A stretch of 64,000 nt of DNA from an uncultured delta proteobacterium. GTDB lineage: Bacteria; Desulfobacterota; RBG-13-43-22. The stretch is from contig CAWBOS010000013.1 in assembly GCA_963790475.1 (NCBI GenBank), positions 288,001 to 352,000 on the forward strand. Reading direction: 5' to 3'. Below, one piece after another: positions 54,961 through 64,000 of this stretch. How positions within the stretch are numbered: position 1 is the first letter of the stretch; each line of letters begins with the position of its first letter. Under the pieces are notes generated by a model. It ran no database searches. It worked only from the letters and a program-made list of their open reading frames with translations, and was not told the origin of the DNA. The position numbers and the translations under genes were made by a program.

Positions 54961-55049
54961 AAGGCAGCAGGGAATTATTTCATTAATTGATTTATGAAAG
55001 CCAGTGTATTAGGGAACCTTTAAATTTGTCAATTTATTTATCGGCAAAA

Positions 55050-55255
55050 AAAGACGGTCTTCTTACGGGAAAGTCCGGATTGAAGTCTTCAAGCCACCTT
55101 GACACCGACCAATCCGTCCGGCAAGGCTATGGTGGAGGCACCCGTTGTCCTGGTCCTTTGCGGCCGGTTGCAAAAAGCGGGTTTTTATAAGGGCCAAGTG
55201 ACCACCAAGTTCGGAGATTGGTTTTTATACGACTTGGGGATTGCTACCCAATCGG
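55050..55255. ncRNA. Putative structured RNA (long interrupted rod); strand and family undetermined
   Basis: Nested pairings CAAGCC/GACTTG, ACCAATC/GATTGGT, TGGTGG/CCACCA, CCCG/CGGG across 55090-55236. Confidence 0.4.
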
Positions 55256-55257
55256 TC

Positions 55258-55396
55258 AGGAGCCAGTAGTCAGAATCCAGAATAAAGCAGAATAAAAAGG
55301 CAGAAGATTGTAGTCAGAAGTAAGAAGTCAGAATAAAAACAGCGAGCCTATTTCCAGTATTTCCTTCCTGCTGAATTCTGGATTCTGAATTCTACT
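55258..55396. repeat. Intergenic hairpin of 7-mer tandem repeats
   Basis: AGCCAGT AGTCAGA ATCCAGA..AGTCAGA AGTAAGA AGTCAGA ... TGAATTC TGGATTC TGAATTC. Confidence 0.75.
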
Positions 55397-55409
55397 ATTT
55401 TACGTTTTC

Positions 55410-56153
55410 TTAAGCCTTGCGCTGAAACAGGTGTTTAATCGCGCTCCAGCCCATCTTGCGGCGCAGCATCCCCAACTGATCCTGCAGAGGCAGGTCTTTG
55501 GGACAGACGTCTTCACAACCCAACAATCCCATGCAGCCGAAGATCCCCTCGTCGGTCCCGACTAACTCGAAATATTGTTTATCGGTACGCTGGTCCCGCG
55601 GGTCCATCATAAAGCGGGCGATGCGGTTTAGGGCCACGGCCCCGACAAAATCCGGCCGCATATTGGCCGTACCGCAGGCGGCCACGCAGCAGCCGCATTC
55701 AATGCACCGTTCCAATTCATAGATCTCTTCGGCCAGAGAATTGTCCATGCGTTCTTCTCCGGCCGCAGGATCAAAGACCTTGTCCGTATGGACCCAGGAT
55801 TCCACCTTCTCGTTCATGGCCCGAAACCAGTTGCCGGTGTCCACCGAAAGATCACCGATCAGTTTAAAAACCGGGAGGGGCAGAAGGGTGATTTCATTAG
55901 GCAGGTCTTTGGTTTTAGTGTGGCAGGCCAGATCGGGTCGCCCATTGATCAGCATGGCGCAGGACCCGCAGATCCCGGCCCGGCAGCAGAAATCAAACTG
56001 AAGACCGGGGTCTTGTTCTTCCCGGATCCGATTCAGGGCGATAAAAAGGGTCAAGCTGTCGGTTTCTTCCAGATGAAAATCCTGCATGTGCGGCTGTGAA
56101 GCGGGATCCAATGGATTATAGCGGAAGATGTGAAAGGTCAATTGTCTGGCCAT
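55410..56153 (-). CDS. frdB: Fumarate reductase/succinate dehydrogenase iron-sulfur subunit
   Basis: CRAGICGSC, CIECGCCVAAC, CMGLLGCEDVCPK. Confidence 0.93.
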   Translation of the reverse strand: MARQLTFHIFRYNPLDPASQPHMQDFHLEETDSLTLFIALNRIREEQDPGLQFDFCCRAGICGSCAMLINGRPDLACHTKTKDLPNEITLLPLPVFKLIGDLSVDTGNWFRAMNEKVESWVHTDKVFDPAAGEERMDNSLAEEIYELERCIECGCCVAACGTANMRPDFVGAVALNRIARFMMDPRDQRTDKQYFELVGTDEGIFGCMGLLGCEDVCPKDLPLQDQLGMLRRKMGWSAIKHLFQRKA

Positions 56154-56183
56154 ATTAAGAACCTCGTTTCTCAGCAATTAGCT

Positions 56184-56324
56184 GGGACCTTTGAAAACCC
56201 CCCCTTTTGCCCAATCTCTGCGTCAGACTAAAATTTTAATCCTCGAAATACTATAGGTATTCCTGTGGTAAAAATTCCCGTCTTCCTTGACCTTGAACAA
56301 AATGGAACATTTTTCAAAGGTCTC
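56184..56324 (-). mobile_element. ~141-bp MITE-like repeat, copy 2 (intact terminal IRs), between frdA and frdB
   Basis: TIR GACCTTTGAAAA / TTTTCAAAGGTC; homologous to 29264-29405. Confidence 0.85.
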
Positions 56325-56405
56325 TATCTAACAGCGATTAACACTAAGAATTCAACTTTAAGAGTTTTTGTTTTTGGCTGACTGCAGACCGCTGTTAGCT
56401 GTTAT

Positions 56406-58274
56406 TCATTCATTAAATTCAGATGTCGGTTCTTTAAGCCCGCAAACCTCCGGGTCTTCAGAACAGATGATAGTACTGGCCCCGTAGCCCCGGTCTCCGG
56501 GCGGGATCTCCCAGACCTTCGAATTAGTCTCATAGGTCAGGGTGGGAAGTCTATCCCCTTCCTTCCAGGTCGCTAAGGTCCTTTTCAACCAGTCCCGGTC
56601 GTTTCGTTCCGGATAGTCTTCCCGGGCATGGCAGCCCCGGCTTTCGGTTCGCATTAAGGCCCCATAGGCAACGCACAGGGCCAGGCGCATCATCCCTTTA
56701 AAACGGATGGCCAGGGAAAGTTCCGGGTTGGCCCCCAGACCGTTAGACTTAAGGCCGATCTTTTGGGCCCTTTCATATATGGTTTGAAGGTTGTCCACGG
56801 CCTTTTGCAGATCCTGCCCATTCCGGAAAATAGCCACCCTATCCATCAACTCGTCCTGCATGGCCTTTCGGAGTTCAAAGACGTTTTCTTCGCCGTCCCG
56901 TCTTTGTATCAGCCGTTCGATCCGGTTTTCATCCTTTTTTATGGCCTCGCGGACGGATTCGGTTTTAAACTGAACTTCATATCCCTCCAGAAAATCACCG
57001 ACTTTTTCACCCACAATCTTCCCGGCCACAATGGTTTCGGCCAGGGAATTGCCTCCCAGGCGGTTGAAGCCATGCATGTCCCAGCAGGCGGCCTCGCCGG
57101 CGGCAAAGAGGCCTTTTAAGCCATAAGCCGCACCGTCTTTGTTGGTTCTAACCCCCCCCATGCTGTAATGCTGGCAGGGACGGACCGGGATCATCTGGGT
57201 GACAGGATCTATGCCCAAAAATTTATTGCAGATCTCATCCACTTCCCTGAGTTTGGTCTTGATGTGCTGAGCCCCCAGGTGGCGGATGTCCAGCCAAAGG
57301 TGATCGCCATAAGGGCTTTTGACCCCTTTGCCTTCCCGGATATGGTGGGTCATCCAGCGGGAGACGACGTCCCGGGAAGCCAGTTCCTGTTTGGCCGGCT
57401 CATAAATATTCATGAACCGTTCTTCGTTGACATCCTTTAAGGTCCCGCCGTCTCCCCGGCATCCCTCGGTGACCAGGATATTGGTGGGCACAATACCCGT
57501 GGGGTGAAATTGTACGGCCTCCATATTGCCCAGAGGGACAACGCCGGTATCCAGGGCAAGGATCGCTCCGGAACCGTCATTGATCACGGCATTGGTGGTT
57601 TCCCGGTAAAGCCGGCCGTAGCCGCCGGTGGCGATCAAGGTGGCCTTGGCCAGATAGACCCGCAGGTTCCCGGTCCTTAAACATCGGGCCACGGCTCCCA
57701 TGCAGGTGACCCCATCATGGATCAGGGAGAGGACCTCCACCCGGTCATGAACCGTCACTCCCAGCTGGACTACAACATTATCCATAGTGAACAACAGGGT
57801 GTGTCCGGTCCCATCCGAAGTGTAGCAGGTCCGCCATTTAGCCGTGCCTCCGAAATCCCGGGCCATGATCAGCCCTTCCTTTTCTTTGACCTCGATTTTT
57901 TCATATTGCTTCCCGGCCTTGAAATAGGTGCTCTTACCGGCCACTACCCGATTCCAGGGGATCCCCCAATGGGCCATTTGCCGCACGGCAATCGGAGCGG
58001 TTTCAGCAAAGAGACGGGCCACTTCCTGGTCGCATCCCCAGTCCGAACCTTTAACGGTGTCGGAGAAATGGATGTCCGGACAATCGCCGTCACCCATACA
58101 ACAATTTCCCAAAGAGGCCTGCATACCGCCCTGAGCGGCCGAGGAATGAGAGCGTCTGGGAGGGACAATACTAAGGAGGAGGGTCTTGAAACCGCGGGAA
58201 GCTGCTTCCACAGCCACTCGTTCACCGGCCAGTCCGGCCCCTATGGATAATAAATCAGTGTAGTAGGTTTCCAA
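56406..58274 (-). CDS. frdA: Fumarate reductase/succinate dehydrogenase flavoprotein
   Basis: GAGLAG, RSHSSAAQGG (FAD His), QFHPTG, TEGCRGDGG, HYSMGG, HGFNRLGGNSL, RTESRGCH. Confidence 0.95.
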   Translation of the reverse strand: METYYTDLLSIGAGLAGERVAVEAASRGFKTLLLSIVPPRRSHSSAAQGGMQASLGNCCMGDGDCPDIHFSDTVKGSDWGCDQEVARLFAETAPIAVRQMAHWGIPWNRVVAGKSTYFKAGKQYEKIEVKEKEGLIMARDFGGTAKWRTCYTSDGTGHTLLFTMDNVVVQLGVTVHDRVEVLSLIHDGVTCMGAVARCLRTGNLRVYLAKATLIATGGYGRLYRETTNAVINDGSGAILALDTGVVPLGNMEAVQFHPTGIVPTNILVTEGCRGDGGTLKDVNEERFMNIYEPAKQELASRDVVSRWMTHHIREGKGVKSPYGDHLWLDIRHLGAQHIKTKLREVDEICNKFLGIDPVTQMIPVRPCQHYSMGGVRTNKDGAAYGLKGLFAAGEAACWDMHGFNRLGGNSLAETIVAGKIVGEKVGDFLEGYEVQFKTESVREAIKKDENRIERLIQRRDGEENVFELRKAMQDELMDRVAIFRNGQDLQKAVDNLQTIYERAQKIGLKSNGLGANPELSLAIRFKGMMRLALCVAYGALMRTESRGCHAREDYPERNDRDWLKRTLATWKEGDRLPTLTYETNSKVWEIPPGDRGYGASTIICSEDPEVCGLKEPTSEFNE

Positions 58275-58294
58275 AATAACCTCCAGAAGGATTA

Positions 58295-58382
58295 CGGTAT
58301 AAGGTATAAGGTGTACGGTTTTCCCTTAAACCTCCTGCCCCTGCGGGCCTGCAGGCGCAGGCCTTTAACCTTGAACCCTGAA
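58295..58382. repeat. Intergenic hairpin of 7-mer tandem repeats
   Basis: GGTATAA GGTATAA GGTGTAC ... CCTTAAA..CCTTTAA CCTTGAA CCCTGAA. Confidence 0.7.
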
Positions 58383-58385
58383 TTT

Positions 58386-59036
58386 TCAAAGCACCAAAGT
58401 ATAAAAGCTATAAAGCGTCACCGCCCCGATAATCAGGAAACAGAGGGTCAGGATATTTTCCAGCCGTTTATAAAAGGGACGATTGGACCTTTTGATGATT
58501 CCCCATTTGACACCGATCCGGTAGAAGCCGATCCCGACGTGAAGCTCGATCATGGGCAGCAATATGATATAAAAAACCAGCCAGAATCCACCTTGAATAC
58601 GGGCAGCACTTTTAGCCGCCCTGATGGGGAGATCGGTCAAGATGGTCCAAATGTGAATGGAACCCATGATGAGTACGATCATGGCCGTCCCCGCCTGGAT
58701 CACCCACAACCAGGTATCCAGATGATGGAGTCTCTGGCTGTGCTGCCAGATGGCCTTTTGTTCCTGGCTGCGGAAGGGGAGCTTGCGGGCGGCCAGGATA
58801 AAATGGAGCAAAAAAGCGGCGCCGATAAACGGCCCCCCGATCTGAGCCATATAGGTATCTTCCAGGAATTTGGCCAGGGCGTTCATCGCCCCTGGTCCCA
58901 GGTTGATGCTGGCCACCAGGATCATGTGGCTCCACATAAATAGGATTAATCCTACACCGGTCAGCATCTGTAAAAAATCGAGGTAGGCAGCGGTGCGAAT
59001 AGATGGTCGCGCATAAGTGAGGGTTTCACTGGGCAT
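58386..59036 (-). CDS. frdC: Fumarate reductase diheme cytochrome b subunit
   Basis: D.LQMLTG..L.LFMWSH, LLHFILAARK, H.DTWLW, ELHVGIGFYR..VKWG. Confidence 0.9.
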   Translation of the reverse strand: MPSETLTYARPSIRTAAYLDFLQMLTGVGLILFMWSHMILVASINLGPGAMNALAKFLEDTYMAQIGGPFIGAAFLLHFILAARKLPFRSQEQKAIWQHSQRLHHLDTWLWVIQAGTAMIVLIMGSIHIWTILTDLPIRAAKSAARIQGGFWLVFYIILLPMIELHVGIGFYRIGVKWGIIKRSNRPFYKRLENILTLCFLIIGAVTLYSFYTLVL

Positions 59037-59143
59037 GATTCCTCCCCAAAAAATAAATTCTGAAGGGATTAAGCGTTCACCTTGGAACAGGTGCAAATTT
59101 TATATCAAGGCCCGATTGGCTTGTCAAGGAATACCATTTTTGT

Positions 59144-60317
59144 TCAGGCCTTTTGTAAAATCAGCCCCTTCAAATAAAGGCTTTCCGGAAAATTCAATAA
59201 GACCGGGTGATCCCCGGCCTGCATCCTTTTTTCCAGAAGGAGGATTCTGCCACCGGCTTTTTGGGCTGAATGGGAAAGAATATCCAGAAAAAGGGATTCG
59301 GTGATGTTATACGAACAGGAATAAGTACTTAAGAATCCCGCCGGGATTTAGGCATCGTAAGCCCCGTCGATTCAATTCCTGATATCCCCGAAGGGCAGAG
59401 GAAACAACAGACTTCTTTCTGGCGAAGGGTGGCGGATCCAGGACGATCAGATCAAATTTTAAGCTCTGCTCATCAGCTTCTTTAAGATAATCAAAGATAT
59501 TTTTTTTCTGAAAGCTGATATTGGAAAACCCATTCAGTTCGGCATTCTTTCGGGCCATTTCCAAGGCCGGGGCTGAATCGTCAATAGCCAAAACCTCTTT
59601 GGCCTTTCGGGCCAGGTGCAGGGCAAACCCGCCGGTATAGCAGAAACAATCCAGGACCCTTCCCTGACTTTGAGGGTACGAAACCAAATGGAGCCGATTT
59701 TCTTTTTGATCCAGATAAGCTCCGGTTTTTTGACCTGACACCAAGTCCACCTCATACTGGACAGGACCTTCCCCAACTCGTACTTTTTCGGGAACTTGTC
59801 CGTATAAGGTCCGGACCTCGTGGGGAAGATGCTCTATGAAGCGGGCTTCGAAATCGTTTCGAATCAGGATGGAATCAGGGTGAATAAGTTCTTGAAAAAT
59901 AAGTTCTAACTGACTTAATATTCTATCTATTCCAGGTATAATGGTTTGGATAACCAAATGACCGGCATACCAATCGGCAATCAATCCGGGAATACCGTCG
60001 GCCTCGGAGAAAACAAGCCGGCAAGCCTGGTTCCGGTCCAAGAATTCTTTTCGGCTGTCTATGGCCTTTTGAAGCATCAGACGCCAGTAGTCTTGTTCAA
60101 TGATTCCGGTATCTGAGGTGATAAATCTTAAAGTAATCTTGGAATAACGGCTATAGAAGGCCCAACCTAAAAAAACATTCCGTGGGTTATAAAGAGCGAC
60201 TATATCCCCGTTCTCGGATTCGTTCAGGCTTGAGACATCATCTCGAAAGATCCAGGGGTGACCTGATCGAAACCATCTTTCCCCTTTGGGGGTTAATGTT
60301 GCTTTGGGGTGATTCAT
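59144..60317 (-). CDS. rlmI: 23S rRNA m5C1962 methyltransferase (RlmI-like), +1 frameshift near 59330
   Basis: GHPWIF, SEADGIPGL, GQKTG.YLDQ, LDPPPFA; shifted frame continues YSCSY...QAGDHPV..FPESLYLKG to TGA at 59144. Confidence 0.85.
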
Positions 60318-60322
60318 TGAGA

Positions 60323-60497
60323 TAGACTGAAGACTGAAGGCTGAAGACTGAAGGTAATACAGTATGATATCATTAATACCGAAGGTTTAACTTTATAAAA
60401 ATAATGGAATATACCAAGGCGTTTTCTGTTCTGTCCCCAAAAATCTTCAGCCTTCGGTCTAATGGTCTTCAGCCTATTCCCAGCCTTCAGCCTATTC
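60323..60497. repeat. Intergenic hairpin of 7-mer tandem repeats
   Basis: GACTGAA GACTGAA GGCTGAA GACTGAA ... CTTCAGC CTTCGGT..CTTCAGC..CTTCAGC. Confidence 0.8.
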
Positions 60498-60509
60498 ATC
60501 TGAGTCTTG

Positions 60510-61514
60510 TTACTCTTCCAGCAGCGGTTTGTATTTCTTTAAATCAGTCAGGATTTTTTTCATCCCCCTGATGACACAAAAATGGGGTTCCGGAGGAATT
60601 CGAACCGGCAGGTTGAATCTTTTTTTTATTCTTTCCGGCCAACCCTTAAGCAAAGCCCCTCCCCCTACCAGTGTTGCACCGTTGTTGGAAATATCGGTGA
60701 TCAATTCAGGGGTCAGAGATTCCAAGGCCAGTCCGATCCCATTGAGTATTTTCCGGGTGGGGGTTTCCAAGGCCAGACGAATATCGGCGGTATTCAGCCG
60801 GCTCTGCCTTGGAAAACGATAGATCCGATTAAATCCCTTAATGTCAAAGGCATAATCCTCATCTACCGGGGCTACACTGCCATGAAGTATTTTCACGGTT
60901 TCCGACGTGTTCAACCCGATGGAGAAATGATGTTTGAGTTCAATATCCTGTTTGATGGCCTGATCAAAAACATTACCTCCGATTTTCAGGGACATACACT
61001 TTACAACCCCGCTCAGGGACAGGATGGTTATTTCAGTGGTCCCTCCTCCAAAATCTATTACCAGGTTGCCGGAAGGGGCCTCAAGGGGGATCTCCGCTCC
61101 CAGGGCCGCCGCATAGGGTTCCCGGATCAGGAAGATCCGGGAAAAAGGAAAAAGTTCCAGTTGTTTTCGATAAGCCCTGATCTCAACATCGGTCGCACCC
61201 CAAGGAAGGCAAAAAAGGACATTACGCACGATGCCCCTTCGGTTCTTTAAGACCTTTTTGATCAGGATCTGGACGAAGCTGCGGCACACCTCAAGATCGG
61301 AAATAACCCCGTCCCGCAAGGGTTGAATCACCTGGATATTTTTGGGGGCCAGGCCAAACATCTCTTTGGCCGCAATCCCAATGGCCAGGGGAGCTTTATC
61401 TTGATTTTTTAAGGCAACGAAGGTAGGTTCCATCAGGAAGCTGTCGTTTGCAAAAAGATAAGCAACCGAGTAGGTGGTACCCAAATCAATGGCCAGATGA
61501 TGCAATAAAGCCAT
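60510..61514 (-). CDS. MreB/Mbl-like actin ATPase (divergent paralogue)
   Basis: AIDLGT, PLRDGVI, EP.AAALGA, IDFGGGTTEI, VGGGALL. Confidence 0.88.
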   Translation of the reverse strand: MALLHHLAIDLGTTYSVAYLFANDSFLMEPTFVALKNQDKAPLAIGIAAKEMFGLAPKNIQVIQPLRDGVISDLEVCRSFVQILIKKVLKNRRGIVRNVLFCLPWGATDVEIRAYRKQLELFPFSRIFLIREPYAAALGAEIPLEAPSGNLVIDFGGGTTEITILSLSGVVKCMSLKIGGNVFDQAIKQDIELKHHFSIGLNTSETVKILHGSVAPVDEDYAFDIKGFNRIYRFPRQSRLNTADIRLALETPTRKILNGIGLALESLTPELITDISNNGATLVGGGALLKGWPERIKKRFNLPVRIPPEPHFCVIRGMKKILTDLKKYKPLLEE

Positions 61515-61527
61515 GGGTTATTTTTGA

Positions 61528-62487
61528 CTAAAGCCCTTCTTTGGCTAATTCTTCCAGGAGCTTTTTTTGAGGGTCCGACAATTTTTTGGGGACTTTAATT
61601 AAGATTTTGACAAACTGGTCTCCCTTGCCCTTACTTCCTAAAATAGGCAGGCCATATCCTTTTAATCGCAGTTTGGATTGGGGTTGCGTTCCAGCCGGGA
61701 TTTTGACATGAAGAGACTTCCCTTCCAAGGTGGGAACCTCCACCTTGGTTCCCAGGACCGCCTGGGAAAAGCTGATTTCTTTTTCGACCACCAGGTTTTG
61801 TTCTTCCAGTTTAAATATCGGGTCCTCCAGGACTTTTATTTGAATAAATAGGTCTCCTGAAGGCCCACCGGTGAGGCCGGGGTCCCCTTTTCCTGAAATG
61901 CGCAGCTTTTTTCCCGTTGAGATACCGGGGGGTATCTTGACCATGACCTTTTCCGTCTTCCTCCCCGTCGGAAAAGACAGCTGTTTTTCCGTCCCCAGGG
62001 CCGCTTCCTTAAGAGTGATGGAAAGTTCATACATCTGATCATCCCCCCTTTGAGGTCTGCCGGCTCCGGCATACTGCGCAAAGGGATCTCCATAATCGAA
62101 GCCTTGACCACCCCGGTTAAAAGTATAGGTCTTATAACCCCCCCCACCCGGATGGCCGGTCCTCTGGCCGAAAATATTTTCAGAGCCGCCGCCGAATCCA
62201 AATTCTTTAAAGAGATTGCTGAAATCGAAACCCCGGAAGATGTCTTCCTGGCTATAACGCTGCTGAAATCCATCGGAACCAACGGTGTCGTACTGCTTTC
62301 TCTTTTCTTTGTCACTCAACACCGCATAGGCCTCACTCAGTTCCTTGAACTTTTCTTCGGCCTTTTTGTCCCCTTTATTCCGGTCGGGATGAAACTTCAT
62401 GGCCAGTTTCCGGTAGCTTTTTTTGATTTCATCCTCGGTAGCCTTTTTTTCCACCCCGAGGGTCTTATAATAATTTTTATCGCTCAT
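61528..62487 (-). CDS. DnaJ-class chaperone without zinc finger (CbpA-like)
   Basis: J domain with HPD, G/F-rich region, C-terminal GDLF/LGT..EVPTL/GDQFV. Confidence 0.92.
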   Translation of the reverse strand: MSDKNYYKTLGVEKKATEDEIKKSYRKLAMKFHPDRNKGDKKAEEKFKELSEAYAVLSDKEKRKQYDTVGSDGFQQRYSQEDIFRGFDFSNLFKEFGFGGGSENIFGQRTGHPGGGGYKTYTFNRGGQGFDYGDPFAQYAGAGRPQRGDDQMYELSITLKEAALGTEKQLSFPTGRKTEKVMVKIPPGISTGKKLRISGKGDPGLTGGPSGDLFIQIKVLEDPIFKLEEQNLVVEKEISFSQAVLGTKVEVPTLEGKSLHVKIPAGTQPQSKLRLKGYGLPILGSKGKGDQFVKILIKVPKKLSDPQKKLLEELAKEGL

Positions 62488-62867
62488 GTTAAATCCTATC
62501 TTCGGGAAAATTCCATTTTCTCAAAAGGTTAGGTTATCTTTTTAAATAACTTTTAATAATTATATCCATATTTTTTGTTCTGTCAATCGAATCCGTGGCT
62601 AAGGGCCCTCAAAATTGAGAATCGGTAGTGTATCACTTTCAAAATTGTCCCCATTGAAATTCCCGAAAGAGCATGATATACTTTTGGTATGAAAAAAATC
62701 AAAATAGAACACCCCGATTTAAGTCAGCTTGCCCACGCCGTGGTCAAGGCTGCTGCAGAGGACGATAATTAATCAAAGCAACCCCCCTGAGAATCTTTTT
62801 AATTGAATCCAGTTTCAACCGATGGTGATCTAAAGATTTTATATTCTCCTTCTTCAGCAAGAACATC

Positions 62868-64000
62868 GTGGAATCATTTCTAAGACAATTAAAAAAAATC
62901 CCTTTGGGGGAGATGATCTGTTTCCATCAAAGGATAGCGGCCCGGCCTTCCCGCTGGGGACATCCTAAGGCCCCCTTTCCGGAATTGATTCACAAGGCCT
63001 TAACCGACAAGGGGATTTCGCGCCTTTATGCCCATCAGGTCGAGGCCCTGGAGAAAATTCAAACCGGGGAACCGGTCATTATCTCGACGCCCACGGCCAG
63101 CGGCAAATCGCTGATCTATGTCCTGGCCAGTCTGCTTCACCTGATTCAGGACCCTGCTTCGAAAGCTTTATACCTGTTTCCGATCAAGGCCCTGGAACAG
63201 GACCAACGGAAGATCCTTGAGGAATGGACCCCCTATCTGCCTTTTTCCGGAAAGCCTCTTTCCGCCATATACGATGGGGACACTCCGGTTTCCCAGAGAA
63301 AAAAAATCCGCCAAAATCCTCCTTCTATTCTGATCTCCAATCCGGATATGCTCCATATGAGCATCCTGGCCTATCACGAGCAATGGAAAGATTTGTTCAA
63401 AGACCTGAAATTAGTGGTCATCGACGAAGCCCATGTCTACAAGGGGATTTTGGGGAGCCATCTGGTGCAAATCATCCGCAGACTGCGCCGGATCTGCCGG
63501 CTCTACCAAAGCGATCCTCAGTTTGTACTCTGTTCAGCCACGATTGCCCATCCTGAACTTTTTTCCGAGTCACTTACCGGCCTTCCCTTTCAAGTGGTTC
63601 AGGAATCCGGTTTCCCCTCCCCGGCCAAACATTTCCTTTTTCTGAATCCGGATATCAGCGCCTCGGTTGTGGGAGCTCGTCTCTTTACCTATTGTCTTTC
63701 CCAGGGGAAAAAAACCATCCTTTTTACCCAGGGCCGAAGGGTAACGGAACTGATCCATATGTGGGTGGAACAGATGGCCCCGGCTTTGAAAGGGAAGATC
63801 AGCTCCTATCGGGCCGGTTTCCTGCCCGAGGAACGGCGGATTATTGAGCGCAGATTGGCCTCCGGGGAATTGCTGGGGGTCATTTCCACCAGCGCCCTGG
63901 AGATGGGCATCGATATAGGCAGTCTGGATGTTTGTTTGCTGGTCGGCTATCCGGGAAGTGTGATCAATACCTGGCAACGAGGGGGAAGGGTGGGACGGAG
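62868..64000 (+). CDS. DEAD/DEAH helicase, YprA/MrfA-like, runs off window; absent from ORF track
   Basis: LYAHQ, TPTASGKSL, FPIKALEQDQ, YDGDTP, NPDMLH, IDEAH, SATI, YRAG, STSALEMGIDIG, WQRGGRVGR; open from ATG 62913, GTG 62868 needs A8->A7. Confidence 0.9.
   Translation, partial: MESFLRQLKKIPLGEMICFHQRIAARPSRWGHPKAPFPELIHKALTDKGISRLYAHQVEALEKIQTGEPVIISTPTASGKSLIYVLASLLHLIQDPASKALYLFPIKALEQDQRKILEEWTPYLPFSGKPLSAIYDGDTPVSQRKKIRQNPPSILISNPDMLHMSILAYHEQWKDLFKDLKLVVIDEAHVYKGILGSHLVQIIRRLRRICRLYQSDPQFVLCSATIAHPELFSESLTGLPFQVVQESGFPSPAKHFLFLNPDISASVVGARLFTYCLSQGKKTILFTQGRRVTELIHMWVEQMAPALKGKISSYRAGFLPEERRIIERRLASGELLGVISTSALEMGIDIGSLDVCLLVGYPGSVINTWQRGGRVGR

Overview
Chromosomal segment of an anaerobic deltaproteobacterium-like organism (probably Desulfobacterota; inferred from ahbB-hemL, frdCAB and gene order). 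From left to right it holds: heme genes and an LPS glycosylation cluster; a small accessory patch (REC-PAS-GGDEF, SDR, START); the conserved ffh-rpsP-khpA-rimM-trmD-rplS-rnhB-yraN-rsmI-ptsH-ptsI-smpB run; icd-comF-rfaE2, htrA, ispE-tRNA-Gln-prs-rplY-pth-mltA; and an IS481-like element with a 6-bp target duplication. Next is a type I-C CRISPR-Cas locus (cas3-cas5-cas8c/cas11-cas7, then Bro-N and four-helix-bundle genes, then cas4-cas1-cas2, 71 repeats and 70 spacers), preceded by two ORF6N genes and a pRiA4b-ORF3 gene. The right end holds oxidoreductases, frdCAB, rlmI, an mreB-like gene, a dnaJ-like gene and a truncated DEAH helicase. Most notable observations: (1) the variable, presumed DNA-contacting segment of both ORF6N genes and of the Bro-N gene is encoded by long DNA palindromes sharing a CAR-W-TTG centre, with a fourth copy in non-coding DNA upstream; (2) truncated fragments of a gene repeatedly sit just upstream of a full, diverged homologue (cas3, four-helix bundle, possibly ORF6N), suggesting cassette replacement around the cas operon; (3) eight intergenic hairpin elements are built from 7/8-mer tandem repeats of different sequence but one architecture; (4) a ~141-bp MITE-like repeat occurs twice, once in-frame inside mltA. 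Several single-base frameshifts in short base runs look like sequencing errors. All calls are from reading the sequence; no searches were run.
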